From positions 62,001 to 126,000 of IMG/VR virus record IMGVR_UViG_3300042895_001344: 64,000 nt of DNA, one strand, 5' to 3'. Position 1 is the stretch's first letter; the number at the start of each line of letters is the position of its first letter. Under the pieces are notes generated by a model, which saw only the letters and a program-made list of their open reading frames with translations, had not been told where the DNA came from and ran no database searches. Both the position numbers and the translations under genes were made by a program. Positions 38,901-50,300 of the stretch are shown here, piece after piece.

Positions 38901-41333
38901 TATTAAATAACCAAAATAACTTGTATATCCTGTTGGTATTTCTAAATCAAAATTAATATGGTCTTCCGTTTCTGTAGGTTGGCATCCATATCTATATTGA
39001 TATTTTGATCTACCAAAAATATTATTTGAAATTAAATTACCTCCAGTCCATAAAGTTGTTGCAGGAATAATTTGATCAATAACACTTGTCCAATAAGGAC
39101 TCATTTTTTCAATAAACAAATTAACATCGGGAAAACTATATGGTGTGAAATCTGTATGTGATATGTAATCTTGATAGATGTCCTCTAATGTAATATAATT
39201 CTTCTTATATTTTATTAAATTAGAATTTTTAATTTGTTGATGTATCATTAAATCAACATACTCAGCAAATGTTACTCCTGTTTGTGGTGTTAAACTATTT
39301 GTACCGAATGTTGTACCTGTTGTACCAAAGTCTCTTGATTTACGATATATGTCATAATCAACCGCTTGTGCTGACGATAAATAAACTTCAATATTTTTTC
39401 TATTTAATAATAAACCAGAATTATCATTAAGATTTTCTGTTTGATTGTTATCGATAATATTTTTTAATTTATATCCTGAGTCTAATCCTGGCAATTTTCT
39501 ATAAACGTCAAAATAATCTTCACCATATGTGTATGCACTATTTTTAGTAACAATATTTTTAGTTCTTCCTGTTACCGTTGAATTATCGATATCAATCACT
39601 AATGGTGATTTATGATCTGTAGTATTATCATACCAACCAGATCCTTTTTGGAAAAAATATTCTGTTGATCCCGTAATTCCTTTAGGTAATAACGTATCTC
39701 CATTAACGGGATAATTTTCAGAATTAAATGTTGTTGTACCTGTAGTTATACCAGTATAATATCTATATGGAAGATATGTTACACCATTAATAGTTCCACC
39801 TGTTGGTAAGAATATTCCTGTTTTGTAAATTTTAGTTCCCGATATAACATCATAAATGTCACCTTTTAAATCAAATGATTTAGGTAAAGATATTACCTTG
39901 TAAACGTATTGATTAATTTTAATCATTGGTTCGGGTGCACCTAAAAATCTTAAAAAGAATTCTAAAGATTGTCTTGTACCTTTTGATTTATAAATGTAAG
40001 CCAAGTTAACTAACAACCTTCTATAAAATTCATATTCGGCATCTATTAAAGACGTTCCCGATACTAATCCAGAATATTGTTGTGATGTCTTAGTGTATAA
40101 TAATTCATCTAAACCTTTCTCATCAATTAAGTTAATTGTATCTAATCCTAAAGTATTCGCTAAATTCTTTAACAATACATCGGGTACGTTATTAATACCG
40201 TCATAACTTACATTTCTCATGTAAGCAATATTATCAATATATTTTTTTACACTATCAAAACTTTGTCCATATAATTGAAATAATGATTCGGCCTTTTTAT
40301 CGGGACTATCAAATTCAAACAATTGAGGTGATGTTAAAAACCTAACAAATAAGTTAGATTTATAATCATCAATTTCATCTGCTATGTTACTTAAATTTGT
40401 TAAATAACTATCATATTCTAAACCTGTAATTTTAATGTTCCAATCTTCCTTATCGGATAACGGCCAACTATAATTTACTGAAATTAATTCGGTTTTTGTT
40501 TCATCAAAACTATCTCTTGGAACTTTGAAACTTGAGGTGTACTTTGGAAAACTATCTCTATTTAATAAACTTTCCTCTAAATCATCTAAACCTTTAAAGA
40601 ACTCTTCAATAACACCATCATTTGGTTTAATTAATATATTTTCAGAAAACCCCGTTAAGTTACCAAATGGTTTACCACTTACCTTTAATGAAATTATATT
40701 ATCACTATTAGGTTCAATATATGAAATTACATCATAGGTTTTTCCACTTATTGAAATTAAATAATTTTTAAAAGAAGTGTAAAAATCTCTGTTTTTATTA
40801 ATTGAAGGTAATATGGTATTACTTTTCGGTGTGACCATAACAATCGAAAATGGATTGTATAGTTTACTATATTCAACTTGAAACTGAGTGGTATTACTTA
40901 TATTATCGTATGTAATATTATTAGCGGTAAAATTCGTTACTTTAATTAAACTATTAGAATCAATCAAAATAGCCGCCGGAAAATTATTAATTATATTAGT
41001 TGTCGCAACACCTAGTCTACTTTTTAATGATCCAAATAAAGATTTAGCGGCATCATTTTTAGAACCTTTAAATTTTATTTCTTTATTTTTACTTGCGGTA
41101 CCACTCGTAGTTGTACTTGAAGTTTGTCCTTTTAAATCATCTAATGTTAAAAAATTAGAAAACGGATTTGTTTTAAAATTCTTTGTATCTCTTTGTATTA
41201 CCTCACTATCTAACGCAAAGTTCGTATTAGTCAACTGACCGGTACCCGTGGTAATTTGATTACCAACTAGGTTGTCACTGAATGTATCGGCACCACTTGC
41301 AGCTTGACTTGGAATTTTACGTAATTTTGCCAT
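35970..41333 (-). CDS. 1787-aa baseplate/tail protein with mucin-like C-terminal region
   Basis: [25 protein letters not shown] resembles baseplate wedge/tail protein I motifs; C-terminal ~700 aa of PT repeats and Cys modules. Confidence 0.75.
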   Translation of the reverse strand: MAKLRKIPSQAASGADTFSDNLVGNQITTGTGQLTNTNFALDSEVIQRDTKNFKTNPFSNFLTLDDLKGQTSSTTTSGTASKNKEIKFKGSKNDAAKSLFGSLKSRLGVATTNIINNFPAAILIDSNSLIKVTNFTANNITYDNISNTTQFQVEYSKLYNPFSIVMVTPKSNTILPSINKNRDFYTSFKNYLISISGKTYDVISYIEPNSDNIISLKVSGKPFGNLTGFSENILIKPNDGVIEEFFKGLDDLEESLLNRDSFPKYTSSFKVPRDSFDETKTELISVNYSWPLSDKEDWNIKITGLEYDSYLTNLSNIADEIDDYKSNLFVRFLTSPQLFEFDSPDKKAESLFQLYGQSFDSVKKYIDNIAYMRNVSYDGINNVPDVLLKNLANTLGLDTINLIDEKGLDELLYTKTSQQYSGLVSGTSLIDAEYEFYRRLLVNLAYIYKSKGTRQSLEFFLRFLGAPEPMIKINQYVYKVISLPKSFDLKGDIYDVISGTKIYKTGIFLPTGGTINGVTYLPYRYYTGITTGTTTFNSENYPVNGDTLLPKGITGSTEYFFQKGSGWYDNTTDHKSPLVIDIDNSTVTGRTKNIVTKNSAYTYGEDYFDVYRKLPGLDSGYKLKNIIDNNQTENLNDNSGLLLNRKNIEVYLSSAQAVDYDIYRKSRDFGTTGTTFGTNSLTPQTGVTFAEYVDLMIHQQIKNSNLIKYKKNYITLEDIYQDYISHTDFTPYSFPDVNLFIEKMSPYWTSVIDQIIPATTLWTGGNLISNNIFGRSKYQYRYGCQPTETEDHINFDLEIPTGYTSYFGYLIKQADNELGFSIENDESGETKFDGYVKLYPVFEIDGKVYSGMTDPGNISALNKDSFDEIISSGSTHTIYDSESINFRVLKSSNNNTSNPTSGTIYTRLYETTGTWKTDTWNTNVTGCTYVLISGATSLTGTTIINNDNTITTDGVSINLYSGGTTNDLVDYNDLSYDTQLKILWKRAIQNTITYINTYSGSTIDGEGKNTQYGTEIGNSSITGTTKQKILSYEIFIDNEGREKIKFTSYKYGPNDCTVKNYLDYGYVSIGQNDVKDCRFSGGLAIYEPGPTPTPTNTPTPTATPTTTPSPTPTPLPATATPLPSTPTPTVTASPATNTPTPTPTPNCNFLVDVLVVTSTPTPTPTPTPNCNFLVDVLVVTSTPTPTPTPTATPNCEFAVDVEIFYSTPTPTPTSTATPTPTPDCNFNVDVLVVYSTPTPTPTNTATPTPTPDCNFNVDVDVIYSTPTPTPTNTATPTPTNTATPTPDCNFNVDVDVIYSTPTPTPTNTNTPTPLPESATNTPTPTPLPATNTPTPTPTNTTTPTPTPTPDCNFNVDVDVIYSTPTPLPTNVPTAVPTNIPTNIPTNVPTNVPTAIPTAVPTNTPEPTNIPTNVPTNIPTNIPTNIPTNVPTVTPTPDPNFYYEADRYQCLQNGSCEYVETIVIANDIELVLNARFRLDPETGYIFQVVNSTTPQIALLTTMFALGVTSCSSLCAQPATNTPTPLPATVTPLPATVTPLPATVTPLPATATPIPATSFTAYISLDSGYDACNGGSFTPYFAYQFNGFYGTMCDANSYIEGGIIQAEIDPNGYFWLSEGFGQSRYYQKSGSTNRAYPQEGCVSCPTPTPLPATATPVPATATPLPATATPIPATPLPATATPVPEEATPTPTNTPPPATSYAYQLGPSYTSSSMACDNFGMDFYTTVYATADQPFNVEQFFLDPNLVTTYTGENETHAFSLNSVGATPYSGNISYTGIVSNKSFCAEAP
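36240..38070 (-). repeat. Pro/Thr-rich coding repeats including seven CxFxVDVxVxxS units, PTNI/V units and PLPATVT units
   Basis: Identical ~63-nt copies at 37791 and 37860; 12-nt units at 37040-37232. Confidence 0.9.
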
Positions 41334-42244
41334 TAGATATTAGTGATTGTATCAAAGTTTAAAGTTTCATCAATATCATTACGGTTTTCTCTAACCTCAT
41401 ATAGAGTTTCGTTAAAGTCGTCTTTAATTTCAAATAAGTTATATTGTTTATAGATGTTATTATCTTTATCGTAAATTGTGTAAATACCTGGAGTAACCGC
41501 CTTAGTTTGATTACCGTAAAGGGCATTTGCAAGTGTTGACGCATCATGTTCAACCATATCAATTTCGATAGTTGTTGGGTTCATATATGTATTTGATAAA
41601 ATAACCATTTGACCTGGACTACCGATAAATGGAACCGTGTTTGGTTTATTCGATGGTGCTGACGATGGTGTAATTGTTAAAAACATAAAGTTTGTTGCAC
41701 CTTCACTATATTGATATCTTACCGACTTTTGTGTTGAACTATTTAGATTCGCAGTAACAGGTGTACAATAAAAAGAAGATGTAACAATTTTATAGAAATT
41801 TGGTGTTTTTTGTTTGTTATTAGAATTTATATATTCAATCCTATATCCCACTAAACCTTGTGGTGTAAATTTATTTCTATCTTCAGACTTAACATTTGAT
41901 AAATCCAAGATTAGTCCTCTTACTGATGGTAATGATGCTAAAACACCACAATCCATAATTGTTGTTCTAATTTGTTTTGGTCTGATATGAAGTGTGTATA
42001 TTCCTAAATCGGGAAAATCTACCGCATTTAATTTAAGGTTATATAAACCTCCTAAAATTTCCACACCGCTTTCTCCACCGGTATTTCCGTTGTGTAAAAT
42101 TGGTGTTAAAACCTGATTTGGTGTTAACTTTTTTAAGGTTGTTATTGACGTCGAGATTCTATTTGGTGCATAATGATATAGAATTTCTACATCATCAGGT
42201 GATATATCCGCCGGTCTAACTATTCCATATGATCCTACTGCCAT
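41333..42244 (-). CDS. Putative virion structural protein
   Basis: 303 aa within the structural block; TATTTATA at 42255-42262. Confidence 0.65.
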   Translation of the reverse strand: MAVGSYGIVRPADISPDDVEILYHYAPNRISTSITTLKKLTPNQVLTPILHNGNTGGESGVEILGGLYNLKLNAVDFPDLGIYTLHIRPKQIRTTIMDCGVLASLPSVRGLILDLSNVKSEDRNKFTPQGLVGYRIEYINSNNKQKTPNFYKIVTSSFYCTPVTANLNSSTQKSVRYQYSEGATNFMFLTITPSSAPSNKPNTVPFIGSPGQMVILSNTYMNPTTIEIDMVEHDASTLANALYGNQTKAVTPGIYTIYDKDNNIYKQYNLFEIKDDFNETLYEVRENRNDIDETLNFDTITNI

Positions 42245-42268
42245 ATTCTTTTATTATAAATATAAATC

Positions 42269-43696
42269 TTATTGTTTTTTAACTTTAAAAAATCCATTTC
42301 CATAAACATCTAACTCACTCATGTTGTCAATTTCACCCAATCTTAGGTTAACCTCCATGACACCTTGACGTCCTCTTTCCACAAAAATGTCAGAATATAC
42401 TGTTGGGTCATCTATAAAACCTAAAAAATGTTCGTTTCTTGTTAACATATGATTTATTACGTATTCTGTGTCATATTGAGTTGTGTTTCCGATTGTTGTA
42501 AGGTATGGAACGGTGTTTATTGTATTTCCCGTTATTTCATATGTGTAACCACTAGTTGGTCCAAATCTATAGTTTGGAACACTACCCGTGATCATTGTAT
42601 ATCCATCTGCTAAGTCCATATAATATAAACTTCCGCTGTCATTAGGTAAAGTGTAACCAGAGTATAGTGAACCTGAAAATAAACCTGTTGTGTAAGATGA
42701 TGTACTCACGGTACTTTCACCATATTTTCGTAATTCACCTATTCTACTAATACCTATTGCCATAAATTTAAATGGCTTGGTGGGTGTTGCAGTATATCCT
42801 GTGTTAGAATAATCATAATCATTTAAATAATTTTGATAGTTACTTCCTGTGTAATAAATGTTACCAGGTAGGGTAAAACCGGTGGAGGTTCCTAATACAT
42901 TATCTATTGTAACACCTGTTGATATTGTTATATTTTTTATTATTTTTTCTTTATTCCAAGGAGAATCTAATGATAATGTTAATGTATAACTACCCGTTGT
43001 ATTTCCCGTTACCGTTGGATATGTGTGTCCCGAATTTGGGAAATTAGAATATAATACTCCACTATTAACAGTTAACCCTGATGTATATCCATCTCCCCAA
43101 TCAATTGTAAATTCTTGATCAACAATTTTTCTTAATTTATTTGGGTTTACCGTATTATAAACCGTAACAACTGAACCTGATTGTTTATAAGTAAAATTTA
43201 TTAATTGTTCGACCTGTTCAATATTACCATCAAAGGATGACATTACACCCATTTCATCCGCACTTGCTTCAAGTGCAATTGGTACTACATATTCATAACC
43301 CGTAAATCCCGTATATAAATTCCAATTATCTCCATCCCATTTATAATATTTCCCCTTTGTATTATTAATTGCAGTTTGTTCAACTTCTTTCCAATATACA
43401 CTACCAGATGGTATGTTATTTAAATTACTACCTGTTAATGATTGATACGTTTTACCACTATAAAATAAAACAACGCTTCCTGTGTATGTAATATCGGGAT
43501 ACCATTTTATGTCACGTACCAAATGTAAACTACCTGTCTCATTTGAAGATGGTACCATACCATCTATTGGGACTGATGCGCTATACCAAGATTTCCAATC
43601 ATTTATTTCTGTATCAAACCAAAAAGTACCAGTTTCTGAATGTAAATTAACATCAGGTATTTGTCTTTTTAATATGGTATATTCGTTCTTTTTCAT
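42269..43696 (-). CDS. Virion protein with CBM5/12-like and PKD-like domains
   Basis: WYPDITY...FYSGKTYQSL...PSGSVYW; TIDWGDG...HTY...GSYTLTL. Confidence 0.65.
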   Translation of the reverse strand: MKKNEYTILKRQIPDVNLHSETGTFWFDTEINDWKSWYSASVPIDGMVPSSNETGSLHLVRDIKWYPDITYTGSVVLFYSGKTYQSLTGSNLNNIPSGSVYWKEVEQTAINNTKGKYYKWDGDNWNLYTGFTGYEYVVPIALEASADEMGVMSSFDGNIEQVEQLINFTYKQSGSVVTVYNTVNPNKLRKIVDQEFTIDWGDGYTSGLTVNSGVLYSNFPNSGHTYPTVTGNTTGSYTLTLSLDSPWNKEKIIKNITISTGVTIDNVLGTSTGFTLPGNIYYTGSNYQNYLNDYDYSNTGYTATPTKPFKFMAIGISRIGELRKYGESTVSTSSYTTGLFSGSLYSGYTLPNDSGSLYYMDLADGYTMITGSVPNYRFGPTSGYTYEITGNTINTVPYLTTIGNTTQYDTEYVINHMLTRNEHFLGFIDDPTVYSDIFVERGRQGVMEVNLRLGEIDNMSELDVYGNGFFKVKKQ

Positions 43697-43700
43697 TTTA

Positions 43701-45506
43701 TTATATTACATCAAATGTTATACTTGCATATTTTCCATTATCATATGAACTTGTTATTGTGAAATTATAAACTCCTTCACCCAATGTTACATATTGTGTA
43801 CTGTCAGGTGCTGTTAAAGCTGGCGATGTGGCATTTAAAAATATATCACCAGCAACAAAACCACTATTCGAACCACCACTTGTTGTTCCACCAAAAACAT
43901 TTAAAGTAACTTTTACACTATAACTAGCATATACTGTTAACGTTCCTACCGCATAACCATTATTAGAATATCCTGCATTTGTTGATCCTGTCACACTATA
44001 TGGTAAAGGAGTTGGTGTATTTGTTGGTGGTAAAGGAGTTGGTGTTGCGGTTATTGGTCCTGCTGTTGGGGTTTCTGTTGGTGGTAAAGGAGTTGGTGTA
44101 TTTGTTGGTGGTAAAGGAGTTGGGGTTGGGGTTGGTGCACATGATATTTCACCATAAAACACGGATGAAATTGATGCAATTACTCCTGATAATGAATTAT
44201 TTTGAATACAATCATTAATTACTTGTGGTCCAATACCAAATGTCTCGATAACTTCGGTACCCTCACAATTAAAATATCTAACAGTTCCACCAAAATCAAC
44301 ATCAAAACTTACTGACGTTACACAAGGACTTTCTGTAGGTGTTGGGGTTATTGTAGGAATTACTGTGGCCACAGGTGTAGGTGTTGAAGTTGGGAAAGGT
44401 GTTGACGTTGGTCTAGGTGTCGCCGTAACTCCACCGATAGGTGTTGGAGTTGGGGTTGATACTGGTAATAATACTCCACCTCCTTTTTCGTAGAATGTTA
44501 TACTATCAGTCGTTGTATAACCTGTGCCTATTCTACCTAACTTTGTTGTTCCCGTATATCTATATATTTGATACGTTCTTTCATAATGATCAAAATCAAT
44601 TTGATAATACATATCTTTTTCTTCTGTTATATTATAACTTGTTGTTTGACCTGAATTTATAAAATCTAATATCTCACCTCTATCCGCATTGAAAAATTTT
44701 GCCGTCATGAAAAATGTATTCATTCCATGATAAAAATTTCTATTATAGGTTATTTGATTTGGTATTGTAAATGTTTGACCTGTCCAACCAATTAACGTTG
44801 TTCCTGTTGTTGGTATATTAACTTGTGTTATTTCATTATTTTCATTTGTAAATAATATAGTTTGTATTGTAGTTCCAGTTCCAAAAACATATTGATCTAA
44901 TGTTGTTGTTCCGCTTAAATTTGTGTCGGTTAAAACACTCTCATTATCAAACCAAAACAAATACATGTTTTCTTTGTTTCGATAATTTGAACCCGTAAAA
45001 ACAGGTACATATATGTTATACCCATAGTTACTACCTGTATGAAAATATTTTTCACCTAAGGGTAATGCTAAATTTTTAGAATTTATTAATCTTCTATTTT
45101 GTCTTGTCGGTGGCTCACATGTTAAAACATAATTTGTTATACTACCAGGTGTTTTATAAAACTCTAACCTAAAAAAACTTTCAATTGACTGTTTTGTCAT
45201 CAACTGATTTTCTTGTGTTGATATACCTACAGGATTATAATCTAAAACATAATTTGGTGTATCTCCACTTGAAAAATAAAATTGAAACCATATATCTGTT
45301 TGTGACATTGTAATACCACTGGTTGTTTTATCATATGGTTTATGAATGTATCTAACTGTTTCATAATTTTTAGATGGATTAATAATATCTTTTAAAATCT
45401 CATCTTCAAAATCGGCAAGATTATCCTGCCAACCTAAATCTGTTCTAAAATTTTGTTCACTATTAACTACAATATTTAAATTGTTACTATTTTTTAAAAT
45501 TTCCAT
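43701..45506 (-). CDS. Virion structural protein with PT linkers and a Cys module
   Basis: Shares the FGIGPQVINDC module with 33962-35281. Confidence 0.7.
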   Translation of the reverse strand: MEILKNSNNLNIVVNSEQNFRTDLGWQDNLADFEDEILKDIINPSKNYETVRYIHKPYDKTTSGITMSQTDIWFQFYFSSGDTPNYVLDYNPVGISTQENQLMTKQSIESFFRLEFYKTPGSITNYVLTCEPPTRQNRRLINSKNLALPLGEKYFHTGSNYGYNIYVPVFTGSNYRNKENMYLFWFDNESVLTDTNLSGTTTLDQYVFGTGTTIQTILFTNENNEITQVNIPTTGTTLIGWTGQTFTIPNQITYNRNFYHGMNTFFMTAKFFNADRGEILDFINSGQTTSYNITEEKDMYYQIDFDHYERTYQIYRYTGTTKLGRIGTGYTTTDSITFYEKGGGVLLPVSTPTPTPIGGVTATPRPTSTPFPTSTPTPVATVIPTITPTPTESPCVTSVSFDVDFGGTVRYFNCEGTEVIETFGIGPQVINDCIQNNSLSGVIASISSVFYGEISCAPTPTPTPLPPTNTPTPLPPTETPTAGPITATPTPLPPTNTPTPLPYSVTGSTNAGYSNNGYAVGTLTVYASYSVKVTLNVFGGTTSGGSNSGFVAGDIFLNATSPALTAPDSTQYVTLGEGVYNFTITSSYDNGKYASITFDVI

Positions 45507-47380
45507 TAACAGTTAGTTTTATTTTTATAATTATTAAAACTATTAAATTCATCAGATTTATTTGTGTATGATTTTTCATTTCTTAAATAGAAATTAATAT
45601 CACTTACAACATAGTGTGTATTATTCATATATGGAAATCTTGTTCCATTACCATCTTGATCCACAAATCCATGATCATATAAATCTCTCCATTTCCATAA
45701 TTTATCATCATTATCATAAATTGCATTTTCAGGTAAATTGATTAAATCATTTGTTTTTGAATTTTCAATATATGGTGATAACTCTCTTAGTTTAACTCTG
45801 TAGTGAGGTTGGTAATAATACCCAACAGTATTTCCTGTTGTTGCTCCCAAATAAAAACTATCTTGATCTTGTCTGTGATAAAATAATCTATTACTTTCAC
45901 CTACTGTTGTTCCAGAAAAAATTGTTTTGTGTGAAAATTTATGAAACGCCTCACTAATAATTCTTTCTTTTAATTCTTTTCTATTGTATTCAACGAAAGC
46001 ACCTGTAAGACCTGTGGTTCCTACCGGTATAGTTGTTCCACCAGTAAATGTTACACCCGTATAATTGTAGGTACTACCTAATATTGTATTTGTTTTACCA
46101 CTGAACGTTTGTGTTAATCCTGTCATTGCCTTTTCAACCGATGTTGTTCCACTAAATTGATTATCCAACCAATTATCATGAAAATTAAATTTAAATCCTA
46201 CTTTTGGTGGATAATCAAATAATCCGTTACCGTTTTTTAAAATTATACTTATATAAACTTCTGTTGGTGTGTAACCCAAATTATTAGTTATTCCCGTTAA
46301 TGAGAATGTTTCTTTAAAATCAAATAATACAGATTCTTGTCGATTTCTTTCTACTAATATATCATTTTCTTGTAGTGGATTTTCAAATAATATTTTTCTT
46401 TCATCTTCAAAAATTGATGATTCAAAACCAACTTTATCCATAATATATTGTTGGTCTCCTGTTAATGTTTTATGTTTATGAACATAATATTGTGACGTTG
46501 TTCCTGAAATATTTTTAATGTCTAAACATCTTTTACCTAAAACAAATGTTACTCCACTCAAAGTGTGTTCCGTTGTAAATTCACTTTTAAATAAATTAAC
46601 AACATAATTTTCGGAATTGTAAATTTCATTACCAACACTATCAATATAAAAAATTTTACTATTAACTGATAATCCACTTAACATCGTTGATCCGGATAAT
46701 ATGATATACTCCCCTTGTGACATTCCGTGTTCAATAGGTGATGTTAATGTATAATAATTTCCATTATCTTCAACTCTAAATGGTATTCCATCTTTCGCCT
46801 CAAAAGAATATGTCATATTTCCATTGGTGTCTCCAGATAGTGTATACTTTATTGGGAATGTTGAATCTTGTCCGTTCACATAACTTAAATATAAATTCCA
46901 ATTTTTATAAGGAGCGTCGATTGATGTTGTGATGGTATGACCGGTGTATCTTCCAAATGGTGTTCCGTCAAATAAATCAATTTTTGGTATTACATTTGTT
47001 GTTCCTAATGTGGATCCAGATGAAGGGGTTGTCCTTTCTCGTAAAACATCATTTCTTAAAAACGCAAATTCGTTATATGGTACAAATCCTAAATCATTTC
47101 CTGTTCCGTCACCACATAAATAAAAGTTTCTTAATAATGGAATATAATCAGTAAAACCATTATACATGTTTCTAAAAACCATTTTTAATTTACCATATAT
47201 TTTATAGTTAAAACTTTGGTTTCTTTCGTCATCAAATAATTCGGTTAGATTTAACATTATATTTCTATCACCTTCTCTCATCAATGTCTCATCATTATCT
47301 AATTTAACATTAAGATTAAGATCCTGTTCATCGGCCTTAAAATATCTTTTACTCGGTAATAAAATTTCTTTCTTTTTCAT
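45506..47380 (-). CDS. Putative tail/baseplate structural protein
   Basis: 624 aa, coupled to 43701-45506; rich in [ST]GxT. Confidence 0.65.
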   Translation of the reverse strand: MKKKEILLPSKRYFKADEQDLNLNVKLDNDETLMREGDRNIMLNLTELFDDERNQSFNYKIYGKLKMVFRNMYNGFTDYIPLLRNFYLCGDGTGNDLGFVPYNEFAFLRNDVLRERTTPSSGSTLGTTNVIPKIDLFDGTPFGRYTGHTITTSIDAPYKNWNLYLSYVNGQDSTFPIKYTLSGDTNGNMTYSFEAKDGIPFRVEDNGNYYTLTSPIEHGMSQGEYIILSGSTMLSGLSVNSKIFYIDSVGNEIYNSENYVVNLFKSEFTTEHTLSGVTFVLGKRCLDIKNISGTTSQYYVHKHKTLTGDQQYIMDKVGFESSIFEDERKILFENPLQENDILVERNRQESVLFDFKETFSLTGITNNLGYTPTEVYISIILKNGNGLFDYPPKVGFKFNFHDNWLDNQFSGTTSVEKAMTGLTQTFSGKTNTILGSTYNYTGVTFTGGTTIPVGTTGLTGAFVEYNRKELKERIISEAFHKFSHKTIFSGTTVGESNRLFYHRQDQDSFYLGATTGNTVGYYYQPHYRVKLRELSPYIENSKTNDLINLPENAIYDNDDKLWKWRDLYDHGFVDQDGNGTRFPYMNNTHYVVSDINFYLRNEKSYTNKSDEFNSFNNYKNKTNC

Positions 47381-47393
47381 TTTTTAGTTTTTA

Positions 47394-50300
47394 TTAAGGA
47401 ACTTGGTTTTCACATTCAAGTAAATTAAATGCCCCTTTAGGACCAAATAAATCTACAAACTTATCCATTCCCGTTTTACCCGCCATCAGTCCAAAATAAA
47501 AATGAAATGGTGTCGAAAGGATTTGTCTATTTCCACTGTAATAATCAATTGTTGGTCTTATGATATAATCAATTGAACTACTCCAAAATTGTGAGTGCCA
47601 ACCATTTGTTATTGTAATACCTTGATATGTTGAGTTACCAGATACTGGACCAACTCTAGTATATAATGTTCCACCTGTTGGTGCCTTAGTATATTGTCCC
47701 GACCCTCCAGATAATAATTGATTTGTAAACCCTGTTACGTGTAAATAAGTAAAACCAGGATATTCTAAACCATAGTCCTCGCTACTATCAAAAGGATTTT
47801 CATCAAGATCAACAATATCAAAATCAATTTGATCTGTACCATCTCCATTTATTGTTAAACCACTAAAAGTATAAGTCATTGGTAATAACAAATATTTGTC
47901 TGACGAATCATTTGGTGCTCCATTAATATTATAAGCGTATGTCATTCCTTGTAAAGGTTGTAATTCAACAGAACTATAATCCCAAGATTGACTATCTTTA
48001 TATTCATTGTATGGACCAAATCCCGTACCTCCCTTATCCCACAAATAAAACGGTACTTTTTGTGAAGATCCATAAGTATCTGAATCCCAACCCAATCTTC
48101 CCGGCTCATTTAAACATGCTCTAATTCTTTCACCATCTTCTTTGAGATCGAAAGTAACCGGTAATGGTCCATATTGTGAGTTTCCGTTTTTAAAAACTTC
48201 AGGATAAATCTCAGGATCTAACTTATTGAATTGATATGCAAGATATTTTGAATTTTCTAAATCAAATCCTTCTATACCGGCTTCATTATTAATAGATAAT
48301 AATTGTAGAATATCTCCATCTAAAATTTGTCTTAGACCTATTTTATTTTGAAATCCTTTGTTGGTAAAAAACATATCTAAATTTCCGAGAGCTCCTCCGA
48401 CATCCATTCTATAATTAATTGCTAATCCAAGTAAATCTCCAATGTCTTGATATGAGGTAGGTCCAATACTTCTTGATACAGAACAATTTGGATCTAATCT
48501 TTTATCAATACATATTTCTTTAATAAATTCATCTCTTGGTCCTAAATCTACAAATGTCGTAGGGTGATTTAATTCATTAGGTATAAAATTACCATTTTTA
48601 AATTTAGCTGATCTATAATAAAATTTATTAATTCCGTTACCTACGAATCTTACTAATGTCCTACAATATCTTATTAATTTTTCATTATTACTACTTATAG
48701 CTCTAGTAACTCCTTTAGCTTTAAATTGTAAAAAATATAGTGATCCAGATAACCAGTTATCAATAAAACCATAATTAACGACTCCACCACAAAACATTTT
48801 ACCCACTCGTTTTCTTCTATAATATTCCCTCAATATACCTGATAATCTTGCTGGAGTTTGAGTACCTGGAATGATATAAAAAACTCCGTTTGCAAACTCA
48901 CTTCTTGCACTTGGGGTTGCATATCCTCCATTATAATTCCAATCTTCACAACTGAAATCTCTAATACCTGATACGAATGGATTACCTGATTGATATGGAT
49001 AATATGATTCAGGTACATTTTTTTCTCCACCATAAATTGCTGTAGAGATTAATATATTACCTGCACTTAATTCTGTTTTTAATTGTGCATTAGTTTGAAC
49101 ATATTTTCTTCCTATATTTTCTGGTAAAAGTGTAGCATTATAACCGCAACCCTTAAATTCACTCGTATTACTATTATTCGTAACAAAATACCCTGTCACC
49201 AAATTATCATCATATAATGTATCGTAATAACCACAACTACTATTTCCACTATAAGATATACCAGAACCATTTCCACCGCCAATAGTGGAACTTTCATCTG
49301 AACATTCGACGCATTCAGGATAATTAATTAAACTTAATTTTGTTTGATTATTAATAACAAATTCTGTAAGTCTTGACCTTAAACCTCTATTCCTTTTTGC
49401 CGAAATAGTAATTAATGCTTCAACTATGGTATTTAAAATAAAAATTGTAAAATTTAAAAATTGTAATGTTAAAAATTTAATAACAAAATCCAACACTAAT
49501 AAAAAATCGGCAATTAATAATGGAAATGTATAATTCTTTATACCAAAATTTGATGGTGGTGTTAGTTTATCTCCACAATCTTCTTCTTCACTTGGAATTG
49601 TGTCATTTATATTAGCGAAACCGACTTGTCCAATTAAATTTGTACCGTTATATCTCTGTTGAAATGACGATACTGTATAGACTTTATTATATGTGAATCT
49701 GTAAAAATAATCTTGTGGATAATATTCGCCTCCATCATTATTTAAAATTAATGGTAAAGCCTCAGATGGATAATCACTTAGACTTGTTGAGAACGCGTAT
49801 GATTTATCATTTGGAACATCATAAGAAAATCCACCTAACGTTTCGGTTAATTGATACTCTCTTATGTTTGGTAACAAATAATCAGCATTAAATCTAACTC
49901 TCGTTAAATCATTATCATTCATGTTAATTCTAAATCTATAACATCCTGATGTTGGAATACCTCTATTAATATCATTAGTTATTTCATTCTCACCAAATTC
50001 ATTTGTAATTACATAGTCCATGTTCATGATAACCGGTAATACAAATCCACCGTCATCGGGTATGTCCTCATTTATATTAACAACTTCTAAACGTGGGTAA
50101 TTGTTATCATCTTTTTGAGGTGTAAATCTAATAGCCTCAATCTTACCTGACTTAGCAACTAAATCACATTTTCTTCCCATTTTTCTTCTTGGGGTACAAG
50201 CTTTATTAATTGCATTTTTACTACTGTCAGTAAAAATACCACCAATTACATATGCTTTAGGTTGAATATTAACTCCGTTTTCTGTTAAGTCAAAATCTGT

